Shown: piece by piece, positions 54,501-61,743 of the stretch
How the letters are laid out: the number at the start of each line of letters is the position of its first letter
Numbering within the stretch: position 1 is the stretch's first letter
The notes under the pieces: model-generated
The model's input: the letters and a program-made list of their open reading frames with translations, nothing else
The model's database searches: none
What the model was told of the DNA's origin: nothing
Position numbers and translations under genes: made by a program
Assembly: GCF_030028105.1 (NCBI RefSeq)
Contig: NC_092370.1
Span: 108,266,793-108,330,792, forward strand
Reading direction: 5' to 3'
DNA length: 64,000 bases
Source of the DNA: Mobula birostris
Taxonomy: Eukaryota

Positions 54501-57500
54501 CAATGTGCAGAGCAATGGGCTCAGCACACAGCCCTAATAAGCCAAAATCAGCAAAGTTTCCTTAAGGGGAAATCTTGCCTGATAGATTTGTTGGAAATCT
54601 TCGAGGATAACAGGCAGGATAGACAAGGGAGAGTCAGTGAATGTTGTTTACTTGGATTTTCAAGAGGCCTTTGACAAAATATCACACATGAGGCTACCTA
54701 ACAAGATAAGAGTCTGTAGTATTATAGGAAAGATATTAGCATGGATTAAAGATTGGCTAACTGGCAGGAGGCAAAGAATAGGAATAAATTGGTCCGTTCC
54801 TGGTTGGCTACTGGTAACTAGTGGCATTCTCTAGGGGTCGGTGTTGGGACCACTTCTTTTCACGTTATATATCAATGATTTGGATGATGGAATTGATGGC
54901 TTTGTGGCCAAGTCAGCGAATGATATGAAAATAGGTGGAGGGGCAGGTAATGTTGAGGAAACAGGGAGTCTGCCGTAGGACTTAGATAATGTTGGGAGAA
55001 TGGGCAAAGTGTCAAATGGAATATAGTGTAGGGAAGTGCATGGTGAAGCACTGTGATAGAAGAAATAAAGGCATAGACTGTTTTCTAAATAGGGAGCAAA
55101 TTCAGAAATCAAGGTGCAAATGGACTTGGGAGTCCTTGTGCAGGATCCCCTAAAGGGTAACTTGCAAATAGAGTCAGTGGTAAATACAATTTTAGCATTA
55201 ATTTCAAGATGACTAGATTATAAAAGCAAGGATGTAATGCTGAGCCTTTATAAAGCATTGGTCAGTCCACACTTGCAGAATTGTTAGCGGTTTTGGGCCT
55301 CTTAACTAAGAAAAGATACACAGGCATTGGAGAGGGTCCAGAGGAGTTGCATAAGAATAATTTGGGGAATGAAATGGGTGACGTATGAGGAGCATTTGAT
55401 GGCTCTGGGCCTGTACTTACTGCAATTTAGAAGAATGAGGACGATTACATTGAAACTTATCGCATATCGAAAGGCCTATATATTGTGGATATGGAGAGGA
55501 TGTTTCCTATAGTGGGGGAGTCTAGGATCAGAGGGCACAGTTTCAGAATAGAGGGACACCCATTTAGAACAGAGATGAGGAGGAATTCCTTTAGCCAGAG
55601 GATGGTGAATCTATGGAATTCATTGCCACAGACACTGTGGAGCCCATTTGTTCAATATATTTAAAGCAGAGGCTAATAGCTTCTTGATTAGTTAGGATGT
55701 CAAAGGGTAAGGGAGAAGGTAGGACAATGGGGCTGAGAGGGATAACAGATCAGCCATGATAGAATGGTGGAGCAGACTCAAAGGGCTGAATGTCCTCATT
55801 CTGCTCCTATGTCCTATGGTCTTATAATTTTCCTGCTGCTGAGAATTATATTGACTCACAGCAGCAGGTAAATTGAGATATTGAGAGGTGTATTGGCATA
55901 ATATCCCGTAGGCATACTATGCCAGTACACTTCTAACTTCCTTTATTCTAACCTCCTTAAACTTGAAGTCATCAAAACCTCTAACCAAATCCTATTAACC
56001 CACCTGCTACTGATCCACATTAGGCCCACAATTAAGCAAAGTCCTGAATTTAAAGTTTTTATTTTTGCTTTCATTTCATCCATGGCCCAGGCCTTGTTTA
56101 ATCTCCTCCAGTCCTGCAGACCTCTGAGGTAAACTATGGAACAGCGCAGCACCAGGCCCCTTGGCCTACGATATGTCAAACTAATTGAAGGCAGCTGCCC
56201 TTCTAGGTTTCAATTGGTTTCAACAATGGCAGCCAACTTTCTCCTGAAGTCCTTTCACTTAATCTGTTTGCTACTCTACCTCTCTACTTTTCCAAGCCTC
56301 CTTAACACACAACATTAGGTCATTTGCTATTGTGGTGTCTTTTGGGATTCAATGTCAACTTCAATTTGATAACTTAGAATGAAGTATCTTGAATGTTAAT
56401 GACATTGATGCTCTTCAGTGAAACTATTACCAACATTGTTGGAAATACCTCACAGGTCAGACATTATGGAGAAATAAAACAATGTTGAGTTCCCTTAACA
56501 TCTGTAGCATTTTGCTTTTTGTAGCGATAAAATCTGTTATTGAGCATTGTGGGATCAGCAATAAATACCAACTTTAGCAGTGCTGGCAATGATCACGAGA
56601 AATGTTATTGGGGATTTCGAACCATTCCTTTCTTTGGAACATCGTATGCATACATTGACCTGACTTTGACCTCCTTTTTTTAGTTGTGATGGGTATGAGA
56701 CACTTACATCTTCAGTTTATAGAAAACATGCACGTAATGTCAGAACTGCAATTCATATTCAGTACTCAGCAGATTAACTTTAATGAAAAATATTCATGAG
56801 TTTAATAGTGTCAGATTTAACACATGCTGGTCTGCAACTGACTGAGCAAAGTCAAAAGCTGAGTGACATTCATAATTTAAATGTCACTGTTTAGAATTAG
56901 GTGCTGAAATTTTTAACTTTTGTGAAAACTTACAAATTGGATATTGTGATCTCTATCATTACACGGACATTAAATGGTTTAGGGGAGTGATTTGAACTGA
57001 AAAAGATATACTTTCTACCTTTGAGCTCCTCAAGTATTGCCAATCCATTTAACATTCAAATAGCACACAATTAATTTTATTTAAAATGAGCTTACTTCTC
57101 ATATTTTTTATTTTCTATGCAAACTAAGTTTAATAGTTTCTCCTAACACCCATGCAATTTTTTTTTCAAAAGAGATAACAAAGTGGACTTGAACTGTCTT
57201 GGTGACATATTTAGTAATCCTTCCCCTGTGATTCTCTAGTCACTGAGATAGGAGATCAAAATCAAATTTTCAGCCAGCACTTTCCATTGAAAGTTGTTAT
57301 TTGTTCCATCAAGTCTACACAGGTCCTTAGAGCATTCTTGTCATTCTCATTCCTCTACTTATTCCGCTGTAATCTTTTCTCTCACATGCCCATTAAAACA
57401 TAACCTCAACTGCCCTTACAGTTCTCCTGTCACACCAATGTACTACCCATATGTGGATGTAGAGAAACTGCAAGTTCATTCTGGCCATGTTTCACAGACG

Positions 57501-60500
57501 GAATGTGATTCCCTGCCTTGGCATGGTGCTGTAGGGAAATGCCTAAAGTGTTTCAAAATGAATGGAGAACCATTTGAAAAGAGCAAGTTTGGACTATTTA
57601 CTTCATCAGGAGAGAAAAAAAAACAGATCTGCTTTGATCTGCAGAATGCCCGGTTTTGCATTGAGATACACTATAATAGTCATGATTCCCAGTAAAAAGG
57701 AACATGGGAGTCATAACCTTATTACATGGAGCCATATTTAGAATGGTATTGCAATAAACTGTGCCAACTCAACTAAGAACATATATTGGACCTGAAGTCT
57801 TAATCCTGATTCTCTTTTCTCTTTTTTTTTAATTCCCATCTGCACTTCTGTTTGATTTTTCATAACCTAACTCCTCATTGGAGAAGGCAGACAGCCAGTG
57901 GCTGATTTCCATATGGCATTATTGTTTCTTTAAGCCCCACTTTGCAATGGGGCAGCAAGAGATGGGCTTTATATTGAAGCTGATATTGTGAGAACGCTTT
58001 CTAAAGGTATCCGTAGTAGCCTAGTTAGATTAAATCTGCTGAGATGCACATCATGCAATATCCCCCAGACTTTATCCCCAAAGTCTCCTCAGTCATTCAG
58101 ACTTTTATTTCATTTGGAGACTGCTTGTATCTCTCTCTCTTTTAGCAGAAAAAAATATGCAGTCTTTGAGTGCACCAGGAATTGATTTCTGGAATTCAAA
58201 AATTCTGAATTTTCTCTTTCACCCTTCAGTCAGAACAGTACTGTCTGACTCCTCACACTGAGTCTCTCCTGGCTCATAATCAACCTCAAGATCATTGTAT
58301 ATATTTTCAAACCTGTTGACAATTAGTTAATCATTAGTTGCTTGTCCTTCCTGTTGGGTGCAGTCTTTCATTGATTCTATTATATTTCTTGGTTATACTG
58401 AGTACGCCCAGAGGAAAATGAATCTCAGAGTTGTATATGGTGACATATATGTACTTTGATAATGAAGTTACTTTGAACATTGATTTTTCTTTCTGCTTTA
58501 CATAAGATACCTTCTCAAACTCTGCTGCTTGAATGTAAGTTTCTATTCATTCCCCAAGTAAACAGTAGATGCTGAAAACCTGAAATTAAAACATATAATA
58601 CAAGAAACACTGAACAGGCCAGGCAGCATATTTGAAAAGAGAAAACAAGTTAGTTACTTAGATATTTGTAGAGTGTTTCTGAAGTTTTCTGTTTTTATAT
58701 CTTCTTTCATGGGCCACAGTTTGGGTTTCAGCTCAATGTTCTATCGGAAATCATGTGATCGTGCTACCTCTATCGTCTCTTTCAAATGTCTTCCAAATCG
58801 TGACTCATCCATCATGGGCTTAATCCAGTTAACTTTTTTTCACCAATGTAATGTACTGTGAAAGATTCTATAATGGTAACACTTATACCCAAAGTTAAAA
58901 TGTTACGGGTTCAGGTGCTACTGTATGACATTCACAAAGTATAACCCAATGCTCTGCTGCAGTACCTGAGAGAATTCAACTGCACTGATGTTACCTGGCA
59001 TTGAATCATTACGGAAAGGATAAGCAGTGGATATTTTTCAGATACCTACAAGAAACATATTGTTTTAACCAAGTATCTTACATGTTCAACAAGAGAGAGG
59101 ACAATTTTGTGGAAGTTTTAGCAAATTAAACTTGACAGGATATAAGTTGGAGAACATTTTGCTGGAAATGAGTATAATTTAGATGAGGTACAGTATTGCT
59201 GTTGAAATGAACAAAAATAAAGACAAAGATCTGAAGATGCCAATTGGAAAGAGGCCAATTTTGATGAGCTGAGATGTGATTTGGCAAAAGTGGAACTGAA
59301 GTGGCCACTTGACAATAAATTAGCATCAGAAGAGTGGGAGAGATATTCGAGGAGGAGATAATGAAGTGTTTTAAATATGGCCTCACTAAGAAAAACGTGG
59401 AACTCTCAAATCTGAAGTCCCTTGATAAAAGGTAAAAAGGGCAAATTAATGACGTACAGGGAGCTCAATACTGCGGAAAGTGATAGAAAATTACAGAAAA
59501 TGCAGAGGTGGAATTATAAAGGAAATTAGGGAAGCAAAGGGATGGTATAAAAATTGGTAAATGATATTACAGCAAACTGAAAGATGTTTTGTGCTTACAT
59601 AAGTGGCAAGGAAAGACCAGAGCTCTATTAGGGTTTTATTGTGTGGAGGAAGAAGACGTAGGTACATTAATAAATATTCAGTGTTACTAAGGAGGGGGAT
59701 GATGCATGCAGTGGAATTAAGAAAAACTAAGTGAGATATTAGAGGAGATAAATATAATTAAAATGGAAATATTAAAGGTGTTAGCGTTTTAAAAATATAT
59801 ACATTGGCTGGATGGGTGGCAGGAAGGAGATAACGTCCCCACCAAAGGAGGTGTTAGGCATTCCTTCCTTTCACTAAACTACAGGTCACCCTTGGACAAG
59901 GTCACCTACTTAGACCCCCAATTACAGCCACGAGAAGCCATGGGAGCTGGTGGCTGTGAGAGCAGCTGATGCAGATCACAAGTCCTGGTTATGCCACCAC
60001 TGACACCAGGCAGACAATCTCTGAAGAGTGTTGATAATAGCTGAGGCCATCCGTCTTGTAGAGACGCTGCCTAGAAGAAGGCAATGATAAGCCACTTTTG
60101 TAGAAAAATTTGCGAAGATCAATCATGGTCATGGCTACGTCATACGACACGGCATATAACAAATGAACATTGGCAGGCTGAATGCAATGTATTCCCAGCA
60201 AAACAAGGAGGAAAGAACAAGTGTTTCATGTTATTTTCCTGTTGCCACTGTTTTGAAATGATTGCCTGAAAATTGAAATGAATCCTATTCAATTAGGTAC
60301 ACTTAATATACTTGCCAGATTGGAGCGCTTTAAAAATTGCAAAATTTGTTTAGGGCTATTGAATTCACACCTCAATGGTCCTACAGCTTTAAAAGATGGC
60401 AGGTCCACAAAAATGCAGATCCTGACTGCTGCTGCATGGAAGTAGGATGATTATGCATCTTTGTCAGGCTCTATGCAGGGTAGGTTGTGAGACTCGTCCA

Positions 60501-61743
60501 TCGAGCAGTCATCGACCAACTGCATAAAAGGTTGCTATGGAGATGAGGAAAAATATAGAATAAGATGTCCTGTAGTGTAGTAGCGTATGTGACCATTCCT
60601 ACCTAACCCATACAATTTGCCACATTGTTCTACAGGAGTCCTATGTCACCACCATGATATGTGGAATAGTGAGTGAGGAGGGGTTGCAGTACAATGCACT
60701 GTGATGCATAAGCAATTAGAAAAACAAAAGGCTGGAAGCAACGATGGATCAAAAAGTGATTGTACAAATATTTTGCCTATTCAAATATTAATGTCAGATA
60801 TTATTGCAATTAGAATGGAGATGATTTAATCTGCATCTCTTTGCGAACTTTGGACACTTGTGTTACTTTTCTTATTACTGTCAAATGACAATTGTTCCAC
60901 CAAAATAGAAGGTTTAATTTCTTTTGAAGGATGGTCTAGCAAGAGAAGTCAGTACTGGGACGCCATTGCATGCATCTTAATGCTGCAGAGGGGTCTGATA
61001 TGATCTATCGCATTCAACAGGCTCAGTCTAACTTAATCACCAAAGTCACTGATTCTGGGTAAAAAGCATGAAATTGCTCATCTTTAGAGGGGGTATGTCA
61101 GCAGTCTTGTGGGTAAATGCCAAAATTGCCCTGAAAAATCTGCTGCTTCTCTTCTGCAGACAGAATCAGAGAGCTTGGATCTGTTGTCTTGCCTTAATCA
61201 GAGCGTGTGGTACAGGAGCCATTTACACCTGAACTGCAGCAGCAAGAGAGTATAAATAACAGTCTTGTGCATCTTCGTTTGGTTCAAACTAAAGCTTGTA
61301 CGGAAATGTTTCATGATGGTTAATAATTTCCACCTGCAATTTTACTAACAAAACTGGTTCTCTCTCCTTTCATCATCTGTCCTGCAGGAAGGCAGTGAAG
61401 GCAATTTTAGTTCTGCTACCCCTTCTTGGCATCACCTACATGTTGTTCTTCATCAATCCAAGCAAAGATGGCATCTCACATTTTGCTTTCCTCTACTTCA
61501 ATTCATTCCTGCAGTCCTTTCAGGTGGGTAATCCGGTAAGATTGTCTGACAACTCATAACCTGAGCCTCAAAGCAATTTGCCACCTTAATTTATGATCCA
61601 AACTGGATCTTTTTCTTAAGCATGCGCAAGTTAGATGCTTAGCTAACAGTGACTATCAAAACGTGCTTCAGAACTCAATTTAACACCCTTGTGTTTTACA
61701 GGGTTTCTTTGTGTCAGTGTTTTACTGTTTCCTGAATGGGGAG
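1199..61743 (+). CDS. CRHR2: Corticotropin-releasing factor receptor, CRHR2-like and divergent; partial gene, 9 coding exons in window
   Basis: Manual splicing gives an uninterrupted frame: [29 protein letters not shown]/[259 protein letters not shown]. All introns are GT-AG with compatible phases. Family assignment is secure; exact orthology to CRHR2 is not. Confidence 0.93.
1610..1850. repeat. Interspersed repeat, probably a LINE 3' tail; related copies at about 19640-19765 (same orientation) and 58365-58480 (inverted)
   Basis: Shared motif 'tcaaagtacat...tatactacc(c/t)tgagattc' in three places; family not identified. Confidence 0.65.
1883..2852 (+). mobile_element. Non-autonomous hAT (Charlie/SPIN-like) transposon with N-terminal transposase remnant
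   Basis: TIRs caggggtggccaacct ... aggttggccacccca; identical 8-bp TSD gtctaatt at 1875-1882 and 2853-2860; internal MSKRKAGSD...[29 protein letters not shown]...[23 protein letters not shown] from about 2445. Confidence 0.9.
4908..5115 (+). mobile_element. HE1/V-SINE-like fragment
   Basis: V-domain-like core 'ctccagtttcctcccacattccaaaa...ggttgactggtcactgtaaattgcccctagt'; a smaller inverted piece lies near 19020-19080. Confidence 0.7.
5247..5868. mobile_element. Tc1/mariner superfamily (pogo/Tigger-like) MITE
   Basis: Termini cagtggatt ... aatccactg, each flanked by TA (5245-5246 and 5869-5870); no coding capacity. Confidence 0.8.
5960..8090 (+). mobile_element. Degenerate CR1 LINE ORF2 (endonuclease to RT), internally rearranged
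   Basis: Recognisable [31 protein letters not shown] and [17 protein letters not shown] motifs with many frameshifts and stops. Confidence 0.9.
6884..6955. mobile_element. Tiny hAT-type MITE remnant inserted in the CR1
   Basis: Interrupts CR1 homology; ends in aaaaggtcgggaacccctg (hAT-like TIR) followed by ctttagag, which resembles the Charlie NTCTAGAN target. Left TIR mostly lost. Confidence 0.5.
8088..8185. repeat. Short Penelope-like / elasmobranch palindromic repeat, half copy
   Basis: 'atgctgcttgacccatcaagttcctcagcagc...ttcagattctagcat' is related to copies at about 36050-36250, 38075-38240, 38330-38430, 56430-56520 and 58560-58700. Confidence 0.55.
9400..9805 (-). mobile_element. CR1 3' fragment, degenerate
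   Basis: Begins with inverted CR1 3'UTR (catagaacaatacagcacag) followed by inverted ORF2 C-terminal sequence. Confidence 0.8.
11105..14525 (+). mobile_element. Older CR1 3' fragment (about 11105-11245 plus 14080-14525) split by a younger CR1
   Basis: [13 protein letters not shown]...RVQRxFTxxLxG breaks at about 11245 and resumes as tagagagcgtgtcttacgagg at about 14080. Confidence 0.85.
11246..14079 (+). mobile_element. CR1 LINE, near-complete ORF2 (APE endonuclease plus RT) with stops and frameshifts, plus 3'UTR
   Basis: ORFs 11250-11729 (ITETW, YRPP), 12230-13123 ([23 protein letters not shown]), 12991-13266 (KFADDTK), 13267-13779; tail tctatgtctctatgtttctat. Confidence 0.97.
15284..15899 (+). 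mobile_element. Non-autonomous DNA transposon (hAT-like) with 6-bp TSD and a zinc-finger first exon
   Basis: TIRs cagacattctacc / ggtggaatgtctg; TSD aaggtg at 15278-15283 and 15900-15905; gccATGg at 15547 starts [11 protein letters not shown]...[27 protein letters not shown]...KRHIE, then donor gtgagt at 15722. Confidence 0.85.
15387..15532 (+). repeat. Interrupted (GA)n microsatellite inside the transposon
   Basis: Runs of gagaga interspersed with ccacga/gcacga units. Confidence 0.9.
17590..17900 (+). mobile_element. Old CR1 3' fragment
   Basis: Degenerate 'gaatct...agagggtcactgctta...tttgaatttgtttaaggcagacgtagttagattcttcataagtaagtgggtgaa'. Confidence 0.6.
17950..18665 (+). mobile_element. 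Decayed RTE-clade LINE 3' portion
   Basis: Eroded ANIP...QLxxAGH...[11 protein letters not shown]...KC...[15 protein letters not shown], resembling the RTE C-terminal QLRWAGH / GGQxKRFKDxLK / WExLAxDRxxWR block. Confidence 0.65.
19080..19510 (-). mobile_element. CR1 RT fragment
   Basis: Inverted QGSVLGSL / LDEKV / AEKWQMEFN sequence. Confidence 0.8.
20268..20576 (+). mobile_element. CR1 3' end, 5'-truncated
   Basis: [31 protein letters not shown], 3'UTR, tail tcttgtgatcttg. Confidence 0.9.
21203..21736 (-). mobile_element. Tc1-derived non-autonomous element, copy 1
   Basis: TIR taaagtggccgctgagtg followed by TA; ORF 21368-21568 [30 protein letters not shown] resembles a Tc1 transposase N-terminal HTH. 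Confidence 0.85.
23664..26890 (-). mobile_element. Young CR1 LINE with 915-aa open ORF2 (APE endonuclease plus RT), 5'-truncated in the end of ORF1
   Basis: ORF 24049-26796 has [50 protein letters not shown]; the C-terminus continues in ORF 23763-24026 after one frameshift; tail (catagaaa)n at 23664-23688. Confidence 0.98.
28911..31582 (-). mobile_element. CR1 LINE (5'-truncated ORF2) inserted antisense into the outer CR1
   Basis: ORFs 31051-31404, 30372-30584, 29496-30299, 29055-29471; catalytic FADD eroded to YTYN; tail (catatataac)-type repeats at 28911-28940. Confidence 0.95.
30751..31086 (-). mobile_element. Short CR1 3' end inserted into the middle CR1
   Basis: ORF 30879-31088 [22 protein letters not shown]...; flanked by attta at 30746-30750 and 31087-31091. 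Confidence 0.92.
32355..32854 (-). mobile_element. Tc1-derived non-autonomous element, copy 2
   Basis: TA-cactcagtggctactttatta ... taataatgtagccactgggtg-TA; internal sequence colinear with 21203-21736. Confidence 0.85.
34979..35085 (+). CDS. CRHR2: CRH receptor exon: stalk and TM1 (107 nt)
   Basis: tttcag acceptor; [35 protein letters not shown](R); donor gtatgt. Confidence 0.94.
36050..36250. repeat. Penelope-like palindromic short repeat with degenerate hammerhead-like core
   Basis: Imperfect inverted arms (gcagtatctgtggagagagaagcagag / cctatagatgctgcctgacttgctgagttcctccag) around ctgaagaagggttatagaccaacac. Confidence 0.6.
36270..37500 (-). mobile_element. Very old CR1 fragment carrying a solo LTR
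   Basis: Eroded inverted ORF2 C-terminus (ccaggtattaatctagtcaaccttctctg; atccaagtcattc = NDLD). Confidence 0.7.
37156..37399 (-). mobile_element. Solo LTR, 244 bp
   Basis: TG...CA termini; 5-bp TSD ccttt at 37151-37155 and 37400-37404; removing it restores the CR1 sequence gtgcctttatccaagtca. Strand inferred only from an AGTAAA signal on the minus strand. Confidence 0.75.
38075..38240. repeat. Imperfect inverted repeat of the Penelope-like short-repeat family
   Basis: ctgctggagga...gagcagcatctg...ggggggtgggggagggg pairs with cctccacaccacccccc...atgctgctc...tcttccagcag. Confidence 0.7.
38656..38773 (+). CDS. CRHR2: CRH receptor exon: ICL1, TM2, ECL1 (118 nt)
   Basis: cacag acceptor; [39 protein letters not shown]; donor gtaagc. 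ECL1 length and LITTFILRN are CRHR2-type. Confidence 0.96.
38934..39416 (-). mobile_element. Young CR1 3' end
   Basis: C-terminal part of ORF 39030-39659 ([26 protein letters not shown]...GYGEKAG); tail tagacaatagtcaatagacaatag. Confidence 0.95.
41405..42088. mobile_element. Solo LTR, 684 bp, probably Gypsy
   Basis: Termini tgtaa...tttca; flanks catg (41401-41404) and cctg (42089-42092), a 4-bp TSD with one mismatch; it splits a repeat tail (ggctgtattcatg | tatggcagaaaggcaattaaacttgaac) whose uninterrupted relatives lie at about 22980-23070 and 40010-40080. Confidence 0.75.
42395..42548 (+). CDS. CRHR2: CRH receptor exon: TM3, ICL2, start of TM4 (154 nt)
   Basis: ttttag acceptor; [51 protein letters not shown] contains the class B NxxWMxxEGxYLH signature; donor gtaagt. 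Confidence 0.97.
43457..43517 (+). CDS. CRHR2: CRH receptor exon: TM4 (61 nt)
   Basis: ccatag acceptor; (C)[19 protein letters not shown](E); donor gtaagt. Confidence 0.96.
44995..45067 (+). CDS. CRHR2: CRH receptor exon: ECL2 and TM5 (73 nt)
   Basis: tatag acceptor; [24 protein letters not shown]; donor gtaagt. Confidence 0.94.
46705..47140 (+). mobile_element. CR1 3' fragment, degenerate
   Basis: [26 protein letters not shown] and CR1 3'UTR. Confidence 0.85.
47285..47795. repeat. GC-richer interspersed repeat, possibly RTE 5'UTR-derived
   Basis: Composition shift against AT-rich flanks and motifs resembling RTE-associated leaders (ctaggagaagg...actctga); family call is tentative. Confidence 0.4.
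48840..49425 (-). mobile_element. Rex1/Babar-type LINE 3' fragment
   Basis: ORF 48978-49295 [12 protein letters not shown]...[10 protein letters not shown]...[12 protein letters not shown] matches the Rex1-type C-terminal region. Confidence 0.85.
50011..50096 (+). CDS. CRHR2: CRH receptor exon: TM5 end and ICL3 (86 nt)
   Basis: aacag acceptor; [28 protein letters not shown](R); donor gtaatt. Confidence 0.97.
50410..51357 (+). mobile_element. Fairly young CR1 3' portion
   Basis: [36 protein letters not shown]; tail tcttatgttcttatg. Confidence 0.95.
51640..55825 (+). mobile_element. Degenerate long CR1 (ORF1 esterase end, ORF2, 3'UTR) interrupted by a Rex1 element
   Basis: [10 protein letters not shown]...[20 protein letters not shown] (ORF1 end), [23 protein letters not shown]; tail tcctatgtcctatggtctta. 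Confidence 0.92.
53646..54535 (-). mobile_element. Rex1/Babar-type LINE, 5'-truncated, inserted in CR1
   Basis: ORF 54069-54527 [12 protein letters not shown]...[19 protein letters not shown]...NKTKKM; ORF 53926-54129 [10 protein letters not shown]; CR1 resumes at aataagccaaaatcagca. Confidence 0.9.
55920..56400 (+). mobile_element. Old L2-like LINE 3' fragment
   Basis: Eroded [13 protein letters not shown]...EFKVFIF...HGPG...[10 protein letters not shown] resembles the L2 C-terminal KLxLIQNxAARIL / FKILxL / LHGLAP block. Confidence 0.55.
58960..59790 (+). mobile_element. Very old CR1 endonuclease-to-RT linker fragment
   Basis: Eroded [21 protein letters not shown] and [10 protein letters not shown] motifs. 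Confidence 0.6.
59810..60160 (+). repeat. RTE-related non-autonomous repeat (tentative)
   Basis: Contains gaagaaggcaatgataagccactt, similar to the gaaggcaatggcaaaccact motif of RTE-derived SINEs. Confidence 0.45.
61388..61523 (+). CDS. CRHR2: CRH receptor exon: TM6, ECL3, TM7 start (136 nt)
   Basis: ctgcag acceptor; [45 protein letters not shown] (PLLG motif); donor gtgggt. Confidence 0.96.
61702..61743 (+). CDS. CRHR2: CRH receptor exon: TM7 (the 42-nt exon typical of class B1 receptors)
   Basis: ttacag acceptor; [14 protein letters not shown]; donor gtaagc. Confidence 0.96.
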
